Assembly: GCA_963711515.1 (NCBI GenBank)
Contig: CAVQEL010000052.1
Location: forward strand, 53,235-117,234
Direction: 5' to 3'
DNA length: 64,000 bases
From: an uncultured Planctomycetota bacterium
GTDB lineage: Bacteria > Planctomycetota > Planctomycetia > Pirellulales > PALSA-1355
The notes beneath the pieces are model-generated. The model was not told the origin of the DNA. It searched no databases and was given only the letters and a program-made list of their open reading frames with translations. Shown here piece after piece: positions 32,188 to 41,887 of this stretch (positions are counted from its first letter, which is position 1; each line of letters opens with the position of its first letter). Both the position numbers and the translations under genes were made by a program.

Positions 32188-33531
32188 TCAGGCGTCGCTC
32201 ATGGCCGCCTGTGCATCGCGGCAAAGCCGGGCAGCCTCGTCCTGCGTGGGAGCCTCGGCCACGATGCGGACGATTGGCTCGGTGTTGCTGGCTCGCACCA
32301 GCAGCCACTTGCCGGGCCAGTCCAGCCGCAACCCGTCCAGGCGGTCGGCCGCCGCATCGGGAAAGTGCCGCTCGGCTGCGTCAAACGCCCCGGCAATCCG
32401 CTCCGGCGGCAGGGTCATCTTCGTCTTGACGATCTCGTAACGGGGCAGTTCGTCGGCCAGACGGCTGACCGGCAGCTCGCGGCGAGCCATCGCGTCCAGC
32501 AGCATCGCCATGCCCACGAAACTGTCGCGCACCAGCACGACGCGGGGGTCGATCACGCCCCCATTCCCCTCCCCTCCCAGCAACGCCCCCCGTTCGAGCA
32601 TCAAATCCACGACGTTCGCTTCGCCCACAGCCGAGCGAAAAAAGGGGACATTGTACTTTTCGGCAATATCCTGAGCCATGCGGCTGGTCGAGCAGTTGGT
32701 CACGATCGGCCCGCGCTCGTCTTGCAATCGTTGCTCCACGCAGATGGCCAGCGTGTACTCTTCGCCGATATACCGCCCCGACTCGTCGACGACGGCCAGC
32801 CGGTCGGCATCCGGGTCCTGGCAAAAGCCGACGTCGCAGCCAAGACGCGTGACGGCCGCCAACACGCCGGACAGGTTCTCGGCGGTCGGCTCGGGGGTGT
32901 GTTCGAAGCGTCCGTCGGGCGACTCTCCCAGCAGCGCGGCCTGGCAGCCCAGTTCGTCGAACAGACGTCGCCCCAGCAGGCTGCCGGCCCCGTGATTTGA
33001 ATCGAGCAGGACTTTGAACCGGCGGCGGCGGATGCGCTCGACGTCGACCGTCGCCAGCACGAGCCTCAAGTGCGCACTGGTGGAATCCTCCAAGCGATTG
33101 ACATCTCCCAGCTTGTCGTGAGCAACCCAGGCCGGTAAACCGTTCCGGTAGGCTTCCATGACCTGTCGACCGGGCTCCGCGGGAATGACGCGTCCTTCGG
33201 ACGAAAACAGCTTCAGGCCGTTATAGGGAGCCGGATTGTGGCTGGCCGAAATCTGGACGCCGCCGGCAGCTCGCCCATCGCGGACCAACACGCCGGTCGT
33301 GGGCGTCGCGGCCACGCCGGCGTCGATGACGTCGCGTCCCACGGCGGCCAGCGCCCCGCACAGTACCGATGACAGCATGGCCCCGGTGGCCCGGCCGTCG
33401 CGCGTGACGACGATGGGGCCTCCGCCCAATTGCCCGGCAAACGCGCACGCATACCGCATTGCCACTTCCGGCGTCAGACTTTCGCCGACAATGCCCCGCA
33501 GTCCCGACACGCTAATGATCGGTTCGCTCAC
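32188..33531 (-). CDS. glmM: Alpha-D-phosphohexomutase, phosphoglucosamine mutase type
   Basis: GTG 33531 (VSEPIISVSGLRGIVGE..) gives 447 aa. Active-site loop ISASHNPAPYNGLK and metal loop DPDADR. The upstream 94 codons of the ORF-track call are not protein-like. Confidence 0.7.
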   Translation of the reverse strand: MSEPIISVSGLRGIVGESLTPEVAMRYACAFAGQLGGGPIVVTRDGRATGAMLSSVLCGALAAVGRDVIDAGVAATPTTGVLVRDGRAAGGVQISASHNPAPYNGLKLFSSEGRVIPAEPGRQVMEAYRNGLPAWVAHDKLGDVNRLEDSTSAHLRLVLATVDVERIRRRRFKVLLDSNHGAGSLLGRRLFDELGCQAALLGESPDGRFEHTPEPTAENLSGVLAAVTRLGCDVGFCQDPDADRLAVVDESGRYIGEEYTLAICVEQRLQDERGPIVTNCSTSRMAQDIAEKYNVPFFRSAVGEANVVDLMLERGALLGGEGNGGVIDPRVVLVRDSFVGMAMLLDAMARRELPVSRLADELPRYEIVKTKMTLPPERIAGAFDAAERHFPDAAADRLDGLRLDWPGKWLLVRASNTEPIVRIVAEAPTQDEAARLCRDAQAAMSDA

Positions 33532-33687
33532 GCCGCGTCTCCCTCGTGCGTTGCTCGAAAAGCCTGCGTCCAGTCGCCGCAGGCGTGGCCCTGTGTGCCG
33601 AAATTCTAGCACTTTTCCAATCACGATTCCTGCGGCCACGGGAAACGGCCGCATGCGTCGCGCAAACGCAGCGGCTATACTGGCGCG

Positions 33688-33987
33688 GTGCAGCAAGAAC
33701 CCGGGCCGCCCCTTCCGCACCGATTTCGATTCACCGTCCGCAGGCTTCTGGGGGCTACCTTTTGGATCGCACTTTGGTTTGCTGCTATCCTGAATCTGTT
33801 CCAGCCCGCGCAACGGCCCCTGTGGTTCGCGATTCCGGCCGGAGCAATCCTCTACTTGGCGCCCTACTTGGCACTTGGCACGCTATTCGGCCGGCCACTG
33901 CATTGGCTCATCGGGGGGCTGCTGATCCTCGCAATGTACCTGATGATCGTGGCGGTGATCGCCTTCATCACGTGGCGGAACCCTTGA
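33688..33987 (+). CDS. Small membrane protein (hypothetical)
   Basis: 99-aa ORF (GTG start) with three hydrophobic spans. No family recognised. Confidence 0.4.
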   Translation: MQQEPGPPLPHRFRFTVRRLLGATFWIALWFAAILNLFQPAQRPLWFAIPAGAILYLAPYLALGTLFGRPLHWLIGGLLILAMYLMIVAVIAFITWRNP

Positions 33988-34325
33988 CCGAGAAGCGGCA
34001 AATCCGCCTGCCCGCGACCAGGGATTTCGCGATCCTATCCGTCGGCGGACCTCGGCGATATAATGGCTGAAATTTGCGCTGCTCGCGGGGAAGCGAACCA
34101 ACAGGCGCGCAAAAAAAGAGGGCTCTTGCTCGCCGGGGCAAGAACCCTCTGATTTGGCTGTCCGGACTTGGCGTGGCCGCGTCCGGAGACCCACAGCCGT
34201 AACAAGCGTATCGGGCCAGCGGCGCAGAGAACTTTAGCACTGGCCGCCGCGCCCGAACGAGCGATCATTACAAGCCGAAGGGTTTGCCTCACACGCACCC
34301 TCGCGTACGACGAACGGTTACAAAC

Positions 34326-35470
34326 ATGAAAGTTGCCAAGTTGGCCTTGGAGGATGGAACGGTCTATCCGGGGCATTCTTTTGGAGCCCCGGGGGAAGTC
34401 GACGGCGAAGTGTGTTTTAACACGTCGATGACCGGGTATCAGGAAATCCTCACCGATCCGAGCTACCGTGGCCAGATCGTGACGATGACCTATCCCGAGA
34501 TCGGCAATTACGGCGTCAACGACGAGGACGTCGAAAGCGCCGGGCCGCAGCTGGCCGGTTTCGTGGTTCGTAATCGCAGCCGCGTGGCCAGTAACTTTCG
34601 CGCCGGCGGAACACTGGAAGAATACCTGCGGCAGTACGGCGTGGTGGGCATTTCGGGCATTGATACCCGATCGCTGGTCCGCCGGATTCGCGAGCACGGG
34701 GCGCTCAAGGGAGTGCTTTCGACCGAAGATCTCGACGACGCCAGTCTGGTCCAAAAGGCCCAAGCCAGCCCTGGCCTGGTGGGGCGCGACCTGGTGCGCG
34801 AGGTGATGCCCAAACAGCCCCGCACGTGGAACGAGCGGCTCAGCACCTGGTCGAAACTCGATCCGCCGGCCGAAGCGGACGGAACCAGGGCCGGCAAACC
34901 GCCACACGTCGTGGCGATTGACTACGGCATGAAATGGAACATTGCCCGGCACTTGTGCAACCAGGGGGCCCGGGTAACGATCGTGCCGGGGACGACTCCT
35001 AACGCCGAGATCCTGGCCCTCGAGCCCGACGGGGTCTTCCTGTCGAATGGCCCGGGCGATCCGGAGCCCTTGGTCTATGCCATCGACACGATCCGCCAAC
35101 TGCTGGGCAAGACACCCCTTTTCGGCATCTGCCTGGGCCACCAGTTGCTGAGCCTGGCCTGTGGGGCCACGACGTTCAAGCTGAAGTTCGGCCACCGTGG
35201 CGCCAACCAGCCGGTGCAGGACCTTCAAACCGGTCGCGTGGAAATCACGTCGCAGAACCACGGATTTGCCGTGCGCGAGGACAATCTGCCCGATTGTCTG
35301 GAGGTGACGCACCGCAACCTGAACGACCAGACGATCGAAGGCGTGCGGCATCGCGAGCTGCCGGCCTACGGCGTGCAGTATCATCCCGAAGCGTCGGCCG
35401 GCCCGCACGATAGCGACTACCTGTTCGAGCGGTTTTGGGAGCTGATTGACCGGAGGCGCGTAGCGGTGTG
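34326..35470 (+). CDS. carA: Carbamoyl-phosphate synthase small (glutaminase) subunit; true stop not identifiable, as the frame stays open to 35981
   Basis: ATG 34326. Motifs TGYQEILTDPSY, GICLGHQLL (catalytic Cys) and QYHPEASAGPHD. Homology-like sequence ends at ..LFERFWELID (~35455). The remaining 500 nt are antisense to the convergent gene and not protein-like. Confidence 0.85.
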
Positions 35471-35475
35471 CTGGG

Positions 35476-36809
35476 TCATTCTTCGAACAGCACGCTCAAC
35501 ACGTCGATCGCTGCCAGGGCCCGTTCCGGCCGGCGAACTTCCCCTTCGGCAAAGTCGGCACAAATCGCCAGCGCACGGCGCAGGTACTGCTCGCGCGATT
35601 GTTCGACCAGCTCGGGTTCCAGCTCCGAGGCCGCCAGCGGCCACGCGACTTCCAGTTCGGCCAAAGCTTGCGCATCGCCGGAGATGGCGGCGAAGACCAG
35701 GTCGTCCACCCGTTCCAGCATTTCCAGGACGTGCAGCCGGCTGTTGGGCCAGCTTTGCCGCCAGCAGGTCCAGCTCGGCCCCGCGTTCGGCCGGAGCGTC
35801 CACGAGCAAGCCGGACGGTGCCGCATGCGCCGCGTCAGTCCGTGATCCGGCTTGGGAGGGCCGGATGCATTGGCGCCGGTCGAGGTTCTTGGCGGCGGGT
35901 CGTTTCGGTACGGTCCGGCTGAGTCTGCCGATGCGTCCGCCTGAATGCTGGCTGCCAGTTCATCCAGGCCCGCGGTGGTGAGGCCCGGTCGCGGTTTCTC
36001 CAGTTCGGCTGCCAGGGCCGAGAGTTTGCCAGAAGTGAGGTTCGACGCGATCCAACCCGCCCAGCCGTCCCAGGTCACGTCCGATCCAGCGGTAGGGTCC
36101 AATTGCAATACGGTGAATCCTTGTCGGGCGGCAGCCCGCGCGGCAGCGGCGTCGGCCGGGCAGCGCCAGATCGCGCACCGGTCGGCCTGGCGAGTGTTCA
36201 AGCCGGTCGTGAAGGAGAACTCGACGCGGCATTCGACCGGCAGCAGGTTGAACAATCCCGCCACCAACTGTTCGCAGGGAATATCCGACGAAATCGCCAG
36301 CCGCCGGTTGGCCAACGCCGCTTGCACGAGCATCGCCATGGCCGCGGGCCCCGGCTCGCGGGCCAATTGGGCCAACAGCCCGGGATCGACCGCCGGCGCG
36401 CGGCCCCCCAGTTGGATCGACGGGAGCGACTCGGGCACGGGGTCCTCGACGCACAAGCGCGCCGCTGGCGGCGGCCGCTCGCAGGACGGCGAACGGGTCG
36501 TTGGCAAAGCGGGCCATGACCTGCGGCGGCACGACCAGGTATTGCGTATACACCAGCTCCCCGCCGCGGCCGCTGTATTCCCGTCCCGCCACGCTGGTGC
36601 GCGAAACGCTGTAGGCTCCGCTGGCCAGCGTGAAGAAGTTGACGCTCCCGTTCCTGGCCCGGCTGTGTCAGCAGCGAGCCGTGTGACGGCCCCCACACGG
36701 ACAACTCCCGGGCATCGGCCTCGGACAGGTGCCCGCTACGGCTGAGGAGTTGATAGCCCTGGGCTCGGTCCGTTTTGGCCGACGTGAAAATGGCTTGTTC
36801 GATGAGCAC
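35476..36809 (-). CDS. GAP1-N2-like 'GTPase-associated' protein (hypothetical); about four apparent frameshifts (~36645, ~36460, ~35815, ~35738)
   Basis: GTG 36809 with GAGGA 11 nt upstream. The N-terminus is LIEQAIFTSAKTDRAQGYQLLSRSGHLSEADARELSVWGPSHGSL. Protein-like reading hops through ORFs 36198-36809, 35960-36592, 35476-36696 and 35417-35809, and ends ..AIDVLSVLFEE. Confidence 0.55.
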
Positions 36810-36892
36810 GACCGCCGCGTCCTCGCAACAGGTGAAGGTATTTGAACGGCTTCATCTGCGCCGTGAGCTGACCGCCAGCACCGCCGGGTTTG

Positions 36893-37805
36893 TCAGGTCC
36901 GCAAGTTCTCGACCAGCCACTCGAACGGCTCGATGATGCCGCGCGGCTCGATCCGCAGTGGCACGGTCTGCTCGCCGGCGGCCCGCACCGGCCGGGTGGC
37001 GCAGGCGCCGGCCACTCCCGCCGCGAAGAACCGGTGCCGCTGGAATCGCTGCTGGCAGATTCGCGACAAGCCGGGCGCGTGGCGGCGGGCGTACGCGGCC
37101 GGATCGTCGAAGCACGATTCGCACTGATCGGCCTTGCTGAAGATCAACGCCACCGGGCCGCGTGGCCCAGGAATTCTTCGAGGTGCCCTCCAGCTCCGAC
37201 AAGTGGCTGAGCAGCTTCATCGTGAAGTAATCTTCGTCGATTGAGCCCGACTGCAGCTTTGTGCCGTCGATCAAGATCATCACGCCGTCGCACCGGCTCA
37301 GCAGCGAATGGATCACACGATAGGAGCGCGGGTGTTCGACCTCCTCGAACAGCGCTTCGCCGGCCATGTCGGGGAGCACCATTTCGACCGGCTGGCGGTG
37401 CTTCGGGCTGCGCAACTGGCAGTGGACCCAGTTCCAGCGGTCGGGCTCGTTGGGCGTCTTGCTGGGAAACTCGCACCGCGCAGCGCCCCCAGCGTGTTGT
37501 GCTGCAGCGTGACGGAAAAGCCGCCCGCGGGCCGAAAGCTGCAAGTGCTTCGGCTGCCGCGAGAGCATGTCCAACAGCATGCCCAGGTACACGGTCTTTC
37601 CGACGCCGCTGGGCCCCAGTGCCGCGAACATCACGGGTTTGACGTTCTTCGACTGGGCCTGATGGGCGAGGATCATCGGAGCGTAACAGTTGCGACAGGC
37701 CTCGGCGTCGGGAGTATTGCCCTCGCCGCAGATCAAGCAGGGGATCTGGTTGCCGTAATGGGCCAGACGCAACGAATCCAATTCCAGAGCGACGCCGCGA
37801 TTCAT
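36893..37805 (-). CDS. Zinc-ribbon-fused P-loop (TRAFAC-type) GTPase; apparent 1-nt insertion at ~37154
   Basis: ATG 37805 overlaps the stop of the upstream gene (ATGA). CxxC-x10-CxxC (CLICGEGNTPDAEACRNC), G1 GPSGVGKT, G3 DMAGE, and G4 SKAD after the frame switch ..WATRP/VALIFSKADQ (ORF 36893-37153). The stretch 37440-37560 may hide a compensating indel pair. Confidence 0.7.
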
Positions 37806-38958
37806 GTTTGGTTCTCCGCCAACTGGCACTCGGTCGGTTCTGCCGCGCTTTGCGGCTCGGCGTCCGCGTCATCCTGCCGCGGCGAAAGGTCGCCGAGCTT
37901 GATGGCGCAACGGAATCCGATATTGTGCTTGCGCGCAGCGCCACGTCGGCACTTTGAAAGTGGCAAGTGGCCTGGTTATCGAGATACGTGTCAAAGGCCC
38001 CGCCGCGAACGCTCTTCATCTTGGTCTGCACGGTCGACAGCTCGGTACCTTCGAAGGCAAAGGCGTCGGCGGTCCACTCCCAGACGTTGCCGATCAACTG
38101 CTGCACGCCCCCCACGCTCACGCCGCCGGGAAACTCGTAGACGCTCACCGTGCGCCCCGGGCCCGAGCCCCACAGGTTCGCCCGGCTGCGGTCCATCGCT
38201 TCGCCCCACGGATAGCGGCGCATCAAGAGCGGATGCCCCGGGATCGACACCGGCCAACTCCCCGCTTTGACCCACTCGGCGTCGCTGGGCAGCCGCTTGC
38301 CGACCCAGCGGGCATAGGCCACGGCCTCGTACCAATTGACGCCGATCACCGGATGGTTTTCCTCGCCGCGCGCAAAGCGACCGTTCTTCCAGAACCGCGG
38401 GCCGGGATGCCCCGTCGAATCGACGAAGTCCAACAGCGCCGGCCAAATCTCCGGATCCCAGATCTGCATCTGTTCGTATCCGCCCGTGGCGACGAAGTGG
38501 TAATACTGGCCGTTGGTCACCGGGTACCGGTCGAGATAAAAGGCTTCCAGACTCAACAGCGGCCCGCCAGCCGATTTCTGTCCCGTTTCGCCGTCGTCGC
38601 TCGCACGGCGCACGACGATCTGGCCCTCGGGCACCAGGCACATCCCATCGGCCAAGGCGGCACGCGTCCGCGCCAGTTGTTCGAGCGACAGGTTCTTGAT
38701 CAATTGCGGGCGCAGCAACAGCGCGTAGCGATTCTGCGACAACATTTCATCGATCACGGTCTGGATTTCGCGGTTGGCAGCAGCCGCAGCCACAGGCGCT
38801 TCGTTCGGCCCACTGCCGGGCGTAACCGATTCGGCCTGGGGGCTGTCCTCAGTTCGCTTGGCCCGGCCGCTCGCACAGGTCGCGCCAATGATGCCGCCGA
38901 ACCATTCCGGCAGTTTCGACAGCACCGTGCCGGGGGTTGTCGAGTTAGGTGATCCCAT
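37802..38958 (-). CDS. FGE/SUMF1-fold (formylglycine-generating-enzyme-like) domain protein with helical N-terminal region; apparent frameshift at ~37940
   Basis: Motifs YPVTNGQYYHFV, GVNWYEAVAYARWVGKRLPSDAEW, YPWG, GNVWEWT and RGGAF. The canonical C-terminal NIGFRCA appears only after a 1-nt shift, and that frame then stops at 37802-37804. Confidence 0.8.
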
Positions 38959-38998
38959 GGAACCTCTCCGCGTTTATTGAGCGACTCACCGTGTGGCC

Positions 38999-41526
38999 TT
39001 ATCGTTTGTTCGCCAGGTTGCGAATCTTGCTTTTCTGCAGGGCCTCGAATTGCTCCATGACCGATCCCAACACGCGATCATCCGGCCGCGCGACCCCGGC
39101 CGGGGACTCTGCCGGAGGCTGTGGAGGCGGGCTAACCGGGGCCGAGTAGGCCGGCACGGCGCCGCTGCGATGGGCCAACGCCTCGGATTGCATTTCCACC
39201 GCTCTGCGCAACTGGCGCAGCTCCTCGCTCCAATTCTCTCGATCCGCCGCAGCGGTCCGTTTCTGTTCGGCCAACTGTTCGATCAACTCGGCGGCGCGAT
39301 GCCGCAGCAAGTCCAGCTCGTTTTCCAATTGCTGCCGTTCCGACTCCGCGTCTGCCACGCGCTGTTGGAGCGCCGCAGCGTCGGGTGCCTGGCTCAATTG
39401 CTCGGAGAGTCGGCCCAATTCGGCCTGGGCCGCTTCGAGCTCGCTGCGCAGTTGCTCCGCCCGGGCCGCGTCCTCGCCGGCTGTCCCGGCTTCCTCGCGC
39501 AAGCGTTCAAGCTCCTCGCATGCCGCCCGCCGGCTGGACTCGATCTGTTCGATTTCCCGCTGCAATTGTTCGTTCTGTTGCATCTGGGCCTGCAATCGCT
39601 GCTGGCTGCGGGCCAGTTCGGCTTCGGCGTCGGCCAGCCGGCCGCGGGCCGCAGCCATCTCGGCGGTCTGCTCGTCCGACGGTTGGGCGGCCCGGGCGGC
39701 CCAGGCGTCCGACTGACGTTCCAAGGCCTCGCGCAGGTGTCGCAGCTCGTCGCTCCAGCTTTCGCGGTCGGCGGCTGCCTGGCGCTGCCCTTCGGCCAGT
39801 TGATCCGTCAGATCCGCGGCGCGTTGGCGTGTCGCTTCGAGCTCGCCTTGCAGATGCTGGCGATCGGTCTGGCTGGCGGCGAGCTGCTGTTCGAGCCCGG
39901 CCATTTCGGCCGGAGCCGTGACTTGTGTCCGCAGACGTTCGATTTCGTCCTGTGCGGCCGACAATTCGCCTCGCAGCCGGGCGACTTCGGTGGCGCTTTC
40001 GGCCAATGGAGCAAATTGTCCGCGCAACTGTGCCAATTCTTCGCGGGCGGTCTCGCGGTGAGCCTCGAGCCGGCTGATCTCTTCGCGAAGTTGTTCGTTT
40101 TGCTCGACCTGTAGCTGCAGCCGGCTGGAGCTCTGCGCGATTTCGGCTTCGGCCTGCGTGGCCCGCTGCATAGCCGCAGCCAGAGCGGCGGCGTTTTCTG
40201 CCGATTGGTCGCCGCGCTCCTCCCAAGCCGCGGCCTGCCGATCGAGCGATTCGCGCACCTGGCGCAGCTCCTCGCTCCACTGCTGCCGTTCGGATGCGGA
40301 CATGCGGTGTTGTTCTTCGAGCGCCTCGCCCAGATCGGCGGCCCGCCGCCTGAGTGACTCCAGCTCGCCTTGCAACTGCTGGCGCTCGTTTTGCATGGCG
40401 CACAGTTGATCTTGCAAGTCGGCGGCTTCGGCCGGAGCGGTCAGTTGCTCGCGCAGCCGCTCGATTTCCGCCTGCGCCGCCGACAACTCGCCAGCCAGCC
40501 GTGCCGACTGCGACGCCGCTTCCGCCAGGGCGCGAACTGCCCTTGCAGATTTGCCAGTTCCTCGCGGGCCGCCTCGCGTTGCGCTTGGAGCTGCTCGATC
40601 TGGTCGCGGAACTGTGCACATTGCTCGGATTGAATTTGAAGTCGCTCGGTGCCTTGCGCGATTTCGGCTTCGGCCTGCGAGAGCCGGCCGCGGGCGGCAG
40701 CCAAGGCGGCCGCGTCGTCCGACGCCTGAGCGGCACGCTGCAACCAGGCTTCGCTCTGCCGCTCGAGCACCTGCCGCATGTGGCGCAACTCTTCGCTCCA
40801 GCGATCGCGCTCGGCCTCGGACTGCCGCTTCTGTTCGGACAGCAATTCACCCAATTCCGCGGAACGGTGCCGTAGCGTTGCAACCTCCTGTTGCAATTGG
40901 TGCCGCTCGGCCTCGACGGCCGCCAGTTGCGTTTGCAACTCCGCTCCGTCACCCGCTCCGCCTGACGGTTCGCGCAGCCGCGCGATCTCGGCCTGGGCGG
41001 CCTCCAATTCGCCGCGCAGCCGCGCCGCTTCGGTCGCCGCCTCGGCCAAGGGGGCAAACTGTCCGCGCAATTGCGACAGCTCTTCGCGGGCTTCGCGATA
41101 GTCGGTCTCCAGCCGCGCAATCTGCGAGCGCAAATGTTCGCTTTGTTCGGCGGCCATTTCCAACCGCTGCTGGTGCTGCGAACACTCCGACTGCACCCGC
41201 GCAATCTCCTGCGTCGCCTGCGCAAGCTCGGACGACGTAGTGTCCAACTGTTTCTTCAGGGCCGTGCATCGACCCGACAGTTCACCTTCGACCCGGGTCC
41301 GCTCGGCGATCTGTCGTTCGCACTCTGTCAGGCTGCGGCGGGCCTCGGCCAATTGGCGGCGGCAATCGGCCAGCTCGGTGCCGCGGTGCTCGCAGTCCTG
41401 CAACGCCTGTTCCAGACACTCCGACACCGTCTGATAACCGCGACGCAGTTCGCGGATCGACTCCTGGAGCGGGCGTCCGACGGCGTTCAGCGGTAATGAC
41501 AGGTCGAGCGACACATTCATTCCCAT
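38999..41526 (-). CDS. Giant coiled-coil protein (~840 aa) built of ~172-aa tandem repeats; apparent 1-nt deletion (CCCC to CCC) at ~40528
   Basis: ORF 40441-41526 continues into ORF 38999-40621 at ..LQGQFAP/LAEAASQSARL... Heptad-rich, Cys-containing N-terminus, and a Pro-rich tail ending DRVLGSVMEQFEALQKSKIRNLANKR. Confidence 0.75.
39150..41090 (-). repeat. About 3.7 tandem coding repeats of ~516 bp inside the coiled-coil gene
   Basis: The unit REEL.QLRGQFAPLAE.A.E.ARLRGEL.AAQ.EI.RLR....APAE...L..QL......RQ.LQ.ELE..R.RAA.L...L.EQ.R....ER..WS.ELR..R..L.RQ..AW..R..Q.....AALAAA..R..QAEAEIAQ...RLQ.Q.EQ..Q.R..I..LE..RE.A recurs with diverged residues. Confidence 0.8.
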
Positions 41527-41887
41527 CAGTTTGGGAGCAGCCGTGAACGCGCGGGTGGCCGCTCGGCCAAAACGCCAAAACGGACCGCAACTATAAGCCC
41601 GCGGCGAAATGGCCCAGACGTGCGTGTTGGGGGCAGCCGCCTTGGAAAATCTAGGTCATGACCGGCCGCTAGCAAAAGCCGCGCGTTCGCCAGGAGGCAC
41701 GTTTGTGACCCGCGCCGGGGACCAAGTTTAGGCCATTTTGCAACGCTTAAAGCGTTTTTATATAAATGCTTACGCCATGAAGACGAAATGCGCAAACTGT
41801 AGAGACCTTGCGGAAAACAGAAAATATGGCACCTTTGAGGCAACACACAGGGCGGTGAATGGATGGGTTCCACTTGAGAGGAGAACG

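Noticed and set aside
39150-41090. CRISPR array or non-coding satellite
   Set aside because: The periodicity is about 516 bp, lies in frame and encodes a continuous coiled-coil protein. There are no short direct repeats with unique spacers anywhere in the window.
41742-41756. Small palindrome AACGCTTAAAGCGTT followed by TTTTATATAAA in the divergent region between the coiled-coil operon and the Cys-rich gene
   Set aside because: The 6-bp A/T-rich stem with a 3-nt loop is too weak to call a terminator, and there is no repeat partner to call it an operator. It is probably just part of an A/T-rich promoter region.
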